A DNA stretch of 26,690 bases, from assembly GCA_008632985.1 (NCBI GenBank), contig QPGO01000252.1:62001-88690 (forward strand), given 5' to 3'. Both the position numbers and the translations under genes were made by a program. This DNA comes from Psammoneis japonica (taxonomy: Eukaryota). The notes below the pieces were generated by a model. It had not been told where the DNA came from. It ran no database searches and worked only from the letters and a program-made list of their open reading frames with translations. Every line of letters begins with the position of its first letter. The first letter of the stretch is position 1. Below are positions 8,068-19,704 of this stretch, in pieces.

Positions 8068-9260
8068 ACCCAATTCACAAAGATGTAATTCTGTTGCCAA
8101 GTGGTGAATTTGTCGATGTGGGAATGGGTGGAGGAGAATAGCTAGGAGTCTAATTCTTTAGCATTATTACATTGGGGAAAACATCACCGGCTATTGTAGG
8201 CTAGACTGTTTTTTGCATAAGCAGAGGATTGCGATGCTCCTTCTCGCACAATTTTTGGACACGAGTTGAGTGAAGGGTTTGCTCGAGTACGAACTCGTGC
8301 AAACTATTGTGGTGCAATACCGGCGGAGTTCAATCAACGAACATTCAATTCGGAGACTCTACCGCAGAGGTAGTCTACAATAGAGGGCACAGTACATGCA
8401 GTCTACCGGTATTGTGCACAATACCATTCGATTCGGAGAAGATAACTCTCTAGAAGATATGGTACAGAATGTGTAATTGCTGAATGTAGGGAGCCGAACC
8501 AAGCAACCGGCACAAAAAGCTCTCATCTCTGCTTTACTTACACGACGTTGCTACAGTCGCGAGTGTACCGGTACAGTAGATCGGTAGTAGTAGTAGGCTT
8601 CCCCAGCGTTTCAGAGGCAAAAGTCGCAGCACATCAAGAGATGCGACAAACTCGGTCTCAAGTGTACGTACAGCAAACACTGCGGACTTGCGACACTGGT
8701 GGTTCTTACAGGTCCCACGGCGAAATGAATGTCAAAGTCCATAGTGAATTGTGACATTGCAACCACAGGCCGCATACAGTAACCGTGAGCTCCATCGTCA
8801 TGGATACTCCAAGTGGTTCCATGATGCAGAAATGACAAAAGCGGAAAGATCGACTTTTTGATGCAGCAACAAATGAAGAAAGACGGCCTCTCAAACAGGC
8901 CCCGGTTACTCCCATCACTCTGTGTCAATCGATAGACTACTTTTCTTGATGGTTAGGGCATAAATTAGAAGTACTGTAGGTTACCAGCTCGAGCCGGCGG
9001 CGGGGGCAATCCACGATGTTCAAAAAGTGAAGCGCGTTGGGCTCACTTTTTTGATTTCACACACGACTGAATCTGTCCGTGTAGAATCAGTACTGGGGGC
9101 TACGTAATCTCTCAACCGAACCGCCAAAATCAAACCATCAACACGGCCATCAGCGATTTGCGTTTCAAACGTTTCTCTGTTGTTTTCAAAAATGTCGTTA
9201 CGCTCAGCCTGAATCGCTACACAATCTCTCACTTTCTCGTTCTTTGCCTTGTCGGAAACA

Positions 9261-9932
9261 ATGGACGTCTATGCAATGGATACGCTCAATACCTCCCTCG
9301 TCGGAGGTATTATGGATATGATCGTTGATAACGGTCTAACCGGGCATGGGTTGAGCGGCAAGTTGGCGGACTTTGATTTTGGTCACAGTGATCTACCGCA
9401 GAAGAAACGATCGCTCCCGGAGGAGAAGCAGAAAGCCAAGAGTCCTCACAAGAAAACGAAGAAGGCCGTCAAGATTCTTCTATCAATGAAAAGTGAGAAG
9501 GGCAGTGCGAGTGATGTTGTGGTTGCGAAGAAGGCCGCCACGACGGAAGGCAAAGTGAAGAAGAGCCCTGATTCCCGCCCTGACAACAAGAAGAAAGTTA
9601 CACTCAAGATCAAACTGAGTCGTGGACAGAGAAAGAAGCAGCGCAAGAAGAACAAAAAATCGACCACCAACCGAAAGCGCTACCCATTTCCTGAGGAAGA
9701 GGCGTACCAAATGCTCATCAGGCACTCGGAGGGTCTCTGTGATTTTGACGAGGAAGTGGTTCACAAAGAGTTGAATACTTCGGTAAACGATGTAAAGGAT
9801 GAATACGACACCAACCCTGGACTTATTCAACGCAAAATTAAGATTTTGGCTGAAGAACGCGACTACCAAGTGGCGGTCCATGGGATGAGTTACATCCCCA
9901 ACAAGCAGAAAGTTTTTACGGCACTTGTCTGA
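9261..9932 (+). CDS. Lysine-rich hypothetical protein, probably nuclear
   Basis: 223-aa ORF from ATG 9261 with NLS-like basic tracts (RKKQRKKNKK) and an acidic C-terminal part. No domain recognised. Confidence 0.7.
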   Translation: MDVYAMDTLNTSLVGGIMDMIVDNGLTGHGLSGKLADFDFGHSDLPQKKRSLPEEKQKAKSPHKKTKKAVKILLSMKSEKGSASDVVVAKKAATTEGKVKKSPDSRPDNKKKVTLKIKLSRGQRKKQRKKNKKSTTNRKRYPFPEEEAYQMLIRHSEGLCDFDEEVVHKELNTSVNDVKDEYDTNPGLIQRKIKILAEERDYQVAVHGMSYIPNKQKVFTALV

Positions 9933-10666
9933 TACAACGCCACGCCGATAATGCACCGTCTTCGTTTCGCTCCCCTTCAGAAACTTAAGTTTGACCATAA
10001 TCGTACTGTACTTAAAACTGAGAATTAATTGAACGGATTGTCTACACTGTCTTACAGAGCTAGTTTCAAATATCCAACCTATTCCGAGTGCCACATGTCA
10101 AGAGTGACATACTCTCCTTCTTCTCAACTTTCGCTTATTCTCTGAGCCGTCTCTAGTCTACGTTTTCTTTTGCTTTTATGCAACCATCCGCCCAGCCACG
10201 CGGGCTCTGGTACAACGAATAAACTAAGACTCGGGTCCACCGTTGCGCTTTCTTTGCTCCAACTTTTCGTCTGACCGTTTTCTTCTCTCTTTCCACTGCT
10301 CGCCCGCCTTTTCCACTTCCTGATCAACCAATGAGTAATAGGTTCCTGCCCTCGGGATATAGCAGCATGGTATTCTGCCTTCGATTCGCTCAGAAGCGCC
10401 GTGTCGGTCGGTGTGTCCTCAGCCGGACGGCAGCAGATTTCTTCAATCGCAACGCTACCTCGTGTCCTGTCTACCGTTTCAAGGCCGGCGGCTGCTCTAT
10501 TGCTTTTACTACCAGCACTACTGTTCCATTCTCCGCCCGCTTCTGCTACCACTTTACTCATGGATCAGACACACGGGCACCGATGACAACAGCAGCACGG
10601 AAAAGATATGTCGGCAGCAGACTAAGACAACTTTGCATTGGATGCGTCGCAATATATTCCTAGGCG

Positions 10667-12277
10667 TTACACGCCTCGGGATGTCAGTATTTCATCGCAC
10701 CGCGACATCAGCCATACAACATTGGGCACCGACTTGTTGTACGAGTTCTTGTTCATCGTACGAGCACGTCCTGCTTCATCATCTTGGTTCACGGGATCAA
10801 ACCTCGAAGAGGCATATGCAATCACGAAACGACAAACATCAAGCACTCCAGTCTCATACTGCTCCATAAATGTATCGTAATCAAAGTTCTGGAGGGCATC
10901 GTTTGCATTCCGGAACGCTCCATATTCAACAAGATACTTTTGGAGTTCGTCAAAGTAATACCGCAAAAGAACGTCTTCGCCGCCATGTACCAACCTGTCG
11001 GCATGCACGGCGGATGTCATAAAATGCGCAATATCCGAAGCCGCCAAGCCAAATCCCGTCCATTGAAAGTCGATTAGTCCAACTTGTAGTTTCGATGATT
11101 TGGAACTACGGCGAAACAAGAAATTTGCCTGCTTTGGATCTCCGTGGATAAATGTGCGATACTGGAGGTATGGTTCCGACCAAGCGTCATCGGCAAAAGG
11201 ATGAGACAGGCGGCCCATTTCTTCTGCCACTGTCTCTAAGCGTGCTCCCAAACTATCCCAATACTCAAAACATGAAAGTTCTTTTTCACATTTCAGTCGT
11301 TCTGTTGCCCATCGTTCTGCGACAATCTCACAGTGGTTTGGGTTGCGTTTTAGCTGCATATAACATGCTGATTTCCATACTCCCTCTTGTAGCTCCCTGG
11401 CCGCATCTGCGTCGTTCCAAAAGGACGATCCATCCCAAAAGAATGCATGGATCTTTGCAAGTGTCGTTAGGGCCGCCTCACATTCCTCTACATCTTGTAA
11501 CAGCCATTGTTGGTACCAACCATCAGACGGCGCAAGGTCCTCGAGCAAAAAACTGAACTTGGATTCAATGGGATTGGATTCGTTCGGCTCGAGATGTGCA
11601 TCCAAACATGTAGGGATGCGCACCCCCGCCTTCTCGGTCACATCCCGACAAGCTTTGGAGGACAAAAAGGCTGCCACTACTTGGTACGACTTGCAATCCG
11701 TGACAAGTTTGTGCGGTGCAGTCTTGAGTTTCTCCCTGGCGTGATGGAGATTTTCAAATATGATTCGTTTGTAGAAGGCTGTTTCTCCACCGGGAATGAG
11801 ACGGACACGGCATGCATTGGACATTAAGCCACGAAACGCTTCTGATTCTGGGCAGGAATAGTCCTCCACGTTTTTAATGCCTAGTTTTTCCGCAAAATAT
11901 TGCGCAGGTAGAAGGCGGCCACTCAAATCACGCACAATGTCAAAACACGGAGCTACTTCCTCATCTGTTTCGAGCCCGGATCTAGTATTTTCGGAGGATC
12001 TGGTAGAAAGACTCCTATCTACATCATCATCAAGGATTTTCTCCTCCTGACTTGGATCGTCCTTCTTGCTACTAGATGTGCCGATATCTAGAATAGAATC
12101 TTGCTTGACACCAGAACGTGGCATTGGATGACGGACAAATCCTTGGTGGGCAGCATGACGACGACGATTCAATGTCGAGGCGGTGTGTGTGACTTGTGGC
12201 TGGACGATGAAGGCAGACGTAGCAGCAGCATGGCCGGCGAAAAATATCGCAAAGTAGATTGAAGCGAGGGACGTCAT
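10667..12277 (-). CDS. Ecdysteroid-kinase-like (EcKL; APH/choline kinase superfamily) protein with bipartite plastid-type leader
   Basis: Motifs FLLEDL, HGDPKQANFLF and LIDFQW. The leader MTSLASIYFAIFFAGHAAATSA|FIV starts at ATG 12277. Confidence 0.85.
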   Translation of the reverse strand: MTSLASIYFAIFFAGHAAATSAFIVQPQVTHTASTLNRRRHAAHQGFVRHPMPRSGVKQDSILDIGTSSSKKDDPSQEEKILDDDVDRSLSTRSSENTRSGLETDEEVAPCFDIVRDLSGRLLPAQYFAEKLGIKNVEDYSCPESEAFRGLMSNACRVRLIPGGETAFYKRIIFENLHHAREKLKTAPHKLVTDCKSYQVVAAFLSSKACRDVTEKAGVRIPTCLDAHLEPNESNPIESKFSFLLEDLAPSDGWYQQWLLQDVEECEAALTTLAKIHAFFWDGSSFWNDADAARELQEGVWKSACYMQLKRNPNHCEIVAERWATERLKCEKELSCFEYWDSLGARLETVAEEMGRLSHPFADDAWSEPYLQYRTFIHGDPKQANFLFRRSSKSSKLQVGLIDFQWTGFGLAASDIAHFMTSAVHADRLVHGGEDVLLRYYFDELQKYLVEYGAFRNANDALQNFDYDTFMEQYETGVLDVCRFVIAYASSRFDPVNQDDEAGRARTMNKNSYNKSVPNVVWLMSRCDEILTSRGV

Positions 12278-12826
12278 GGTCAGGAGGTACTTTATTTGAG
12301 TTGATGAATGAGGTACTGTAAAGATTGTTGGAGCGTCGAAGAGGCGAAAGAGGAAGCTGAGAGACATATAAATATCGCAGATCGCACAAAGAACTGAAAC
12401 TTGGGACAGCGAGAACATGAATCATCGCAGATGTTGCCTTCAACTGGCGCGCCCCGAGCTTCGGGTTTCGTTGACCGACAGACGATCGCCGGGACTCTCA
12501 ACGTTACAACTAATTTCGAAATTGCCAATCAAATCAATTCAAGCAAGATCGCGCAGATAAGTCTAAGGCCCCTCTCTATAGCTCTAGGCTCTCCACATTT
12601 CCCTCGCTCTCTGTACTAGTAGCCTATAGAGTAGCTAGTAGCGTATAAGTAGCTTTTGAAAAAACAGGAGGAGGTTGATAAGAGTGTAGGCTGGTTTCCG
12701 TGGGCGACGAATTGCGACTCGCTGGGGCATCTTGCTGCTTACTATCTTAAAATAATGCACTCCACCATGGGTGCAGTGAAAAAGGACACCACAATCCCCA
12801 GAGAAAAATCTGAAACTATTCAATCC

Positions 12827-13554
12827 TCACGTCTTTGACTTTTTCTCAGCCGTCATTAGAACATATTCTCTTGTCGACCCTCCAAACTTTAGCACATCCC
12901 CACGTTTCAATTGATAATATCGCGCAGAATCAATTCTAACATCATTTATAAATGTCCCATTGGTGCTCTCCAAATCCATAAGGTAGGGTTGACAATTCAG
13001 TCTCCCGGATTCCTTGTCGGGCAGTGCTCGATACTGCAGCACAGCATGCTGCGAACTAATGGACGGATGCAACATGGGAATGTCTGCAATCTTTTCCATT
13101 TTTCCAATCAAATACGCCGATTGTCGTGAAATATGAAGCGTCTCTAACAAATCTTTTCCCTTGAACACATAGAATCGCCACGGTGTGTTGGGCGCTCGTG
13201 CTTCGGGTGGCTCGGAAAATTTCAACACAACACCTTGTACAAGTTTCCACCCACAGTGTCCTTGGTGAGAGCACCCGACAAGCCAAAATCAGGCTTTGAC
13301 TTTTCCTGTGGTGGTATTTCTGTCTCTTGTTCTTTGCGTTCCTCTTGACGTGGTTTCTTGCGTTGTTGAGGCTGTTGTTGTTGTTGTTCTTTTCTGGCTT
13401 GTGCGGAAGACAGCAAGGCATTGATAGCGTCCTTGTCTGTTACTTCATCTCGCTGTCTAGAAGATGGTGGTGGGTCCTTTGGTGCTGCTGGCGGATTACC
13501 CCAACGACTCCTCTTGCGACCGCCGCCGTCGCCGCCAGTAGATCGAGAGCTCAT
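12827..13554 (-). CDS. SNIP1: FHA-domain protein SNIP1/Pml1/DDL (one 1-bp frameshift near 13234)
   Basis: KPDFGLSGAL...NLYK[G]VVLKFSEPPEAR, HPSISSQHAVLQYR, PYLMDLESTNGTF and LKFGGSTREYV. Adding one base at TACAAG^GT restores the frame. Confidence 0.9.
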
Positions 13555-13913
13555 GGTTGGTCGATCGACACGCGTGTTGTGTGTGCGTGTCGTGCGTCGG
13601 GCTCGTCGCTGCACCCAGCTATGCGCGACAATCGCGCGCTCCACATGCAGCCGGTATCTGCGCCCCTCACCAACAGTTCGATTCCTGATTCAAAGTTTCA
13701 TTAGAAATGTAACTAGTCCTACTGGAGTGAGGCTAGCAATCGTATCCTTCATGGTGCGGTAGCAAAGGGTTGGTGGGATACGTAACTCTTCTGTCAAGAA
13801 ACTCAATTAGATATTTTACCCATTAAAATACTACCCTAACCCAAACACGAACTATCCAACAAAAATATATACATACAGGCACGTAACTGGCATATGACAG
13901 ATCGTGCCAAAGG

Positions 13914-14624
13914 TCAAGACATGGATTGGCATGAGGAAAAATCGTCGTCAGAATCAAAAGCCTCTTCCTTTTCTTCCTCTTGACTGTTTGACGTGTCCAC
14001 GTGAATCCAAGACGAAGACAAGGTTTCAGTGCAACTGCAATCGACCCCCGAGTCCACAACTTCATATTGACTATCAAACTTGGAGGTTGTTTCTGTCGGA
14101 ATTTGCACTCGCACCGGTATGGATTCGTCCCTCCAATTCGAAAAGATCTTCTTGTCCATAACGCAATAGGTGTTGGAGGAATTTGGGTTGGTCCCCGTCC
14201 ACACAGACGAGCTACACCGACGAATGATAATGGCATCGGGTGTCTTTTGAATTCGAACCACCCAAGCACGCAAGTTGAGTGCCAATGACTTTTTGGATGT
14301 CGTGTACGTTTGTCCCGGCAAGATTTTGTGGTAACCTCCTTTCGACAAGTCGGCCACAATTTTGTTTTGAACATTGTCCAACACCCAATTGGTAGCCGAC
14401 ACGATGCCTCCAGCGGCCGTCGTAATGGCACTCATGCTCACCACGAGCGTGTCGGTCAGGCTAACGACCGTGGGAAGCGCACCCCACGCGACACCTCCCG
14501 ATAAAAAGGCAGCCATGGCTGTCACGCTGAACAGAATTGGTTTGAGAACTTTTGTGTTGACACCGATATACACCATGACGGTCTCGTCGGAGGTATCGTT
14601 ATGAATCGAACAATACGAACCCAT
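13914..14624 (-). CDS. Hypothetical 236-aa protein with central hydrophobic G/A-rich segment
   Basis: Complete ORF beginning MGSYCSIHNDT, with a hydrophobic core and an acidic tail. Confidence 0.75.
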   Translation of the reverse strand: MGSYCSIHNDTSDETVMVYIGVNTKVLKPILFSVTAMAAFLSGGVAWGALPTVVSLTDTLVVSMSAITTAAGGIVSATNWVLDNVQNKIVADLSKGGYHKILPGQTYTTSKKSLALNLRAWVVRIQKTPDAIIIRRCSSSVWTGTNPNSSNTYCVMDKKIFSNWRDESIPVRVQIPTETTSKFDSQYEVVDSGVDCSCTETLSSSWIHVDTSNSQEEEKEEAFDSDDDFSSCQSMS

Positions 14625-15561
14625 TGCTATGGCAAATATGAATAGTATTGCGTGATCAACGACCTGTGGACGCCATTGTCGACACTGTTCTCAAGCGGGT
14701 CTCAGTTTCCCTTCGTCAACAAAAATGTCGCCAACAAAAATTGCGCCGATGACACGACTGATGAAGATGGACGGATGGACGGACAGAAGGCATTCTCAAT
14801 GTCTGTCCATCATACGTCCTCTATTCTGGGCCGTACAAGTATACACAAAGATTCTACGAAGCGTGATTTGTACAGGAATCATGGTACAACCACATTTTAA
14901 AGAAGTTATTTGTTATTCGTGTATAGAGTATTTTATACATCGAGTACGTATGCACCTTCGTGAAAGACGTACCAAAGAAAAACGTATGTAGGATATGTAC
15001 TATGCCCCACATTGGCGCGCTTCTGCCACACAACGCCACTGATCGATCCTCACCACACTGCGTGCAAGTCTCCCTCTGGCAGTCATTCGTGCCGCTTGTT
15101 GCGTTCAATCAGAAGGACTGTGCAGTTATCATGAGGTCGTTCACGTCATCTGCTATTCTTGCTGTTACCATTTGTGGTGAGTCAACGAAAAACAAAGCCT
15201 TTTTCTCCGTCATGTTTGCACCACCACGTGAATCGGCGAAGACCGACAGCGAACGCTTTTTTCGTGATCGTTGGTGATGGCTTCAGTACTAATTCCGTAG
15301 AATCAACGTGCTGTAGATTTTACGGTGACGCGCCGTATATCGGTTTCAACACGTGTATGAAGTGACATCATCAGTATTTATCAATGGCTTCTTACTTCAA
15401 GCTTTTCGTTAAATGATCACGACGTTTCGATGTCTTCAGCGACAGGCGTCAGTCGTCAACTCGAGCGTGTTGACGTGTGGTGTTGTTGCGTGTGCGTGTT
15501 CTGTTTTGACGACCAGAAGGGATTCCCACTTTTTTCTACGAAGAAGTTGTGATTGCTGACC

Positions 15562-17106
15562 ATGGCTAATCGTCGTCCTAACACTCTGCCTCTTTCACCC
15601 GTGCTGGTTTTGATCGTTTCAGCATGTCAGACGATTGACAACAGAGCAGTTGCTTTTACGTCTCCCTGCGGTGTCTCAAGAAGTCGCCCAAGTTCTTGCG
15701 AAGCCCTTCACGTCAGCATGTCTTCTGTTTCTGCATCTTTGGAACCGTCTTCCATGTTTGGCTCTGATTTGGAACGTGAACTGAAAGAGCATCTCGCCCA
15801 TACACAGAAGAAAAGCGGACCTAGATCGTCTATGAAGCGTCGCAAAAAGCCCCGCACCATGATTAGACCAAAGAGTTTGAACAGTAGCAGCGCGAAAATC
15901 GAATCTTCATCGACACCTTCCAAGAAGAAAATGAAGAAGTATCCTGATCTTTTGAGTTTTGAAGAAGAGAAACAGCTTACGAATGATCTCCGTACACTGC
16001 GTACTGTAGTAAGGATTCGCGACGAGTTGACAGCATCCTTTGCGGACGTTCCTGGACTGGAAGTGCACGATGATCTCCACAGTTACCCTACCGAATCGCA
16101 GTGGGCCAAGGCATGTGGTCTCAGTGTTATGCAACTTCGCCGAATCATGCATGATGGACAAGAAGCTCGGTCGAAACTCGTTTCTGCGAACGGGGGTCTC
16201 GTAACTTCGATTGCCAAGAAACACTACTATTCGCTCAAGCACGCAACGGAGGCTGGGGGCGGTGTTGGTACATTCTTTCACTGCAAGACATGATTCAAGA
16301 AGGAAATTTGGGTGTGATGGAAGCTGCCGAGCGATTTGATCCGGGGCGAGGATTTCGTTTCAGCACATATGCAACGTGGTGGGTAAGGCAGCGGATATTG
16401 AAATCCATATCAGAATATTCCAGAGTAATTCGGTTGCCTGCTCACGGTAAGTCACTTGGACATTACTGCTCGGTTTTTCGGCTTGTTGCCGTGTTTCCAG
16501 TCCGGTCTCTAATTCGTTTTGTTATGTCGTTTTGATCCCTCAGTGCACACAATGCTGAACAAAATCAGCAGAGCGCGACAGGAGATGAACCAGGAGATTG
16601 GACGCATGCCGTCAGATCCAGAACTTGCTCATTTTTTGGAGATCCCGATTGAAAAGCTTCAAATGTACACCGATTCCTCTAGAAATGTCGTCTCTCTTGA
16701 GTTACCGGTCAACCCGGGCGGGAAAATGAAGGAGGACAGAAGAACTCTAGGGGACAAGATCGCTTCTGACTCTCCGACGCCGGAAGAGGATGCCGAAATG
16801 GATTCACTACGACGAGATATTCGTGCAGTCATTAACGAGCTTGCCATAGATGAGCAAGACGTGTTGATGGCCCGATTTGGTTTGGAGGATGGAACTCCGA
16901 GAAACGTGGAAGAGACGAGTAAGAAGCTTGGAATTTCTAGGGACCGCGTTCGAGTTGTGGAAGCTCGAGCGTTGAATAAGTTGCGACACCCCCAAAGAAA
17001 TTACAAACTGAAAGAGTATGTGGGAGGTAACGAAGAAGAAGAACGACTACAGGATCACTTGGATACACTGCCGAACCAGTCGCCTGAAAGAATATGGTCA
17101 TTTTAG
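15562..17106 (+). CDS. Nuclear-encoded, plastid-targeted sigma-70 family RNA polymerase sigma factor (frameshift near 16272; intron 16447-16543)
   Basis: Region 2 ([15 protein letters not shown]...[37 protein letters not shown]), region 3, and region 4 ([22 protein letters not shown]). The GTAAGT...CAG intron gives RLPAH-VHTML. The leader contains AVA|FTSP. Confidence 0.93.
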
Positions 17107-18037
17107 ACAATACTTTGTAAATAGAAAAGTAGAACACAATTTGAAACCGAGATCTTTCCTTTATAGGCAATTTCACCTGTCGATTGGAAACAAACACCGG
17201 CTCTTTCTTCGAGCTCAATACCTGTTACTAGTAGAGCATTGCGCTTTTGTGTTCTAAAGCGCTTTCCTCGATTGCAGTTGAACGTTATCCAAAGCAAATC
17301 GCCATCTCCTTATCGGACTCGAGATCCATTTTTCCTGTTACTTATTTTTGAGTGTCAAGCTCTAATACCCAGAAGATCCCAGAGACAGCCAGAAAGCAGT
17401 TTTGACCTACCGTATCCCAAGTTACTGTACGCCTTATGGTAACATGTAGGCCTAACATGGTATAGTTTCAGTAGTCGTTGTTAGTTTTGAGTTGCCATTC
17501 GAAAACGGAGAGGACTTTCGAAGCATCAAGGCTGTCTGTATTATAGTTTGCAGTTGAACAACACTCAGACGCGTAGAAGCACATGTTGCATGTTCAGAGT
17601 ATGGCAGCATCACATGCATTGCTCGTTGCGCTCTAATACCAATATGGCGTTACAATACTTCTTCTAAATGCTTGCAATTAATAATACATTCTCGGCTACT
17701 CTCTAGTGTGAGAGAAATGGTCTTTCGAAACATAAGAGACCAATGGAGAGATACGTGTGTTTGTTGTTGGTAGGAGTACTTCATAACACCACCCAAAACG
17801 CTCCGCGCCACGGAATCCTTGTTTGAATTGTCATAAGCACCCCAGATGCTGACTCTTTGGTGACATATTATTTTGAGACATTATAGAAATCATTGTTGGC
17901 AAAAGACTGCAATGCCATGCAACTTCCGAAATAAAAAAACTCATGGATAATCTGTAGCAAAGCAACGAAACTAATCGAGCATGATGATACCACCCAGTAG
18001 CTGCATATAGCTTGACTCGTAAAACCAAAAATAGCTC

Positions 18038-19294
18038 TCAAAGCTCTTGTGCAGAGTCAAGAGAAAGGTGTCGCTGAATCCAAAAGGACATTAATGCAAG
18101 AAAGCACAAGATTCCCAAGAAAACAACAAACGGACCATTGTGAGTATCAGAAGTTGTTGTCGCCGCTGTTGTTGTTTTGCTCAGGTCATTGTGTTTTGAG
18201 TTGCGCTTGCTCTTTGGCACAGGACGATTCCTTTGAAGCTGAGGCGACGACTCACCACGCATTTCATCACTGTGCTTGTTGGTATCGCTTGCCTTGTCGA
18301 CCCATTGACAAACTTCCTTTGCGAGCTTCTTGTTGGATTTAAATTGCAGTGCTTGTTCCTTGTTTATTCTTTGCTCAAGTACAAGTCCCTCTCTATGGTT
18401 GGGATGCAATACAAGTAGTCGTCGAATCGAATCACGTGCCAATTTCCATTTTTGCAATTCAAAATATGCCTTGGCTCGCAACAGGAGTGCGGTTTCTTGC
18501 AGTGATAATGGCTGTGACGATGACGCTTCGTGCTCTTGTTTCTTGTACGTCAACATTTCCAATACTAACGTACAAGCCCAGGCTGCCGCCTTGCGGTATT
18601 CATAGGGACGGTTCTGTGCAGACTTGTCGGGCAGTCCAGCGAGTTGCATCATGCATCGTGAGAGATTGAGCAAGATTCGTTCTTGGATATGATTGTCCTT
18701 GTCATCAGTTAGCAAACTCAGGAGTACTTGTGATTTTGGTAAAGTGACTTCTTCATTGGTTTGATACGAAACCGCATCCACAGAATCCTCCTCTACACAA
18801 TCCACTTCGTAAATCTGAATGCTCTTGTGTTGCGCCAATTTTGCTGCAATGACACAACCGACCGTCAAGTCACTGGATGTTGCCAGGGCAGCTTCGTACC
18901 AAGACGCAGCCATAGTGGCATCGCCCAACTGGAACAAGGAGTCGGCTCTTTCTTTGAACGTGCAGTATGAGTGTGATGATGATAATACATTCACAGGGTC
19001 TTCAAACTCCAGCAAGGGAAGTAGCTCCTGACTCGACAATGCCCTTTCTTCTTCTTCATCTTGCCGCAACTCGAACTTTGGACAAATTATAAAGGACGAT
19101 TGTTGGCTCTCCAAGAGTATCCGAGGTGCCGAATCATGCATCAAGACGCAGCAGGTTGTTTCATCGCCCGCCTCTGCTGCGTATTCAACGGTTGCAACGG
19201 TAGCTTGACCCGTCAGTCGTCGGCGTCCTCCCTCACTTTTTTCCAATCGACACACACGAACCACAGAACCAACTTTAAGCTCGTGATCCTTCAT
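18038..19294 (-). CDS. TPR-containing protein with C-terminal transmembrane anchor
   Basis: TPR-like helices KERADSLFQLGD...AASWYEAAL, ILLNLSRC and ALLLRAKAYFELQKWKLA. C-terminal hydrophobic stretch FVVFLGILCFLALMSFWI. Confidence 0.8.
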   Translation of the reverse strand: MKDHELKVGSVVRVCRLEKSEGGRRRLTGQATVATVEYAAEAGDETTCCVLMHDSAPRILLESQQSSFIICPKFELRQDEEEERALSSQELLPLLEFEDPVNVLSSSHSYCTFKERADSLFQLGDATMAASWYEAALATSSDLTVGCVIAAKLAQHKSIQIYEVDCVEEDSVDAVSYQTNEEVTLPKSQVLLSLLTDDKDNHIQERILLNLSRCMMQLAGLPDKSAQNRPYEYRKAAAWACTLVLEMLTYKKQEHEASSSQPLSLQETALLLRAKAYFELQKWKLARDSIRRLLVLHPNHREGLVLEQRINKEQALQFKSNKKLAKEVCQWVDKASDTNKHSDEMRGESSPQLQRNRPVPKSKRNSKHNDLSKTTTAATTTSDTHNGPFVVFLGILCFLALMSFWIQRHLSLDSAQEL

Positions 19295-19704
19295 TTGTTG
19301 TTGTTTCCTTTTCTTTTTATAGGCCTATAAACATGCGATAACCTCTGTGGTGTTGTGTTGTTGATTCGACGACAACAGCGCAACAACACTTATCTTCCCA
19401 ACAGTTTTTTAATTTTTTTTTGAGTTGGGCGGGATGCGGGATTTTCTCCCTCCGACGTCCGACCGTCGACAGAAAGTTCAATTTTACGTAGAAAATGTAC
19501 TAAACCCCACTTGCGCACCGAAGACAATGAGCAATGAGCGATGAGCGATCCGACGCCTTTGTTCCGTTCGTTCGACACATTGAACATCAATCAGTGTTAC
19601 CATCACCCTACCTTCCTTGCTCAGTACAAGCACTTGATCATATAGCAAGTATGCTTCTTTTCCCATAAGAGTTAGAGGCTGATAGCAAAAAAGCAGTTCA
19701 CCCC

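Noticed and set aside
10124..10561. 145-aa minus-strand ORF
   Set aside because: No recognisable motif, and it starts only about 105 nt after the kinase stop. It cannot be supported without expression data.
15562..17106. Sigma-70 gene as bacterial contamination or recent HGT
   Set aside because: It has a spliceosomal intron, a plastid-type leader and eukaryotic neighbours. Nuclear-encoded plastid sigma factors are normal in algae.
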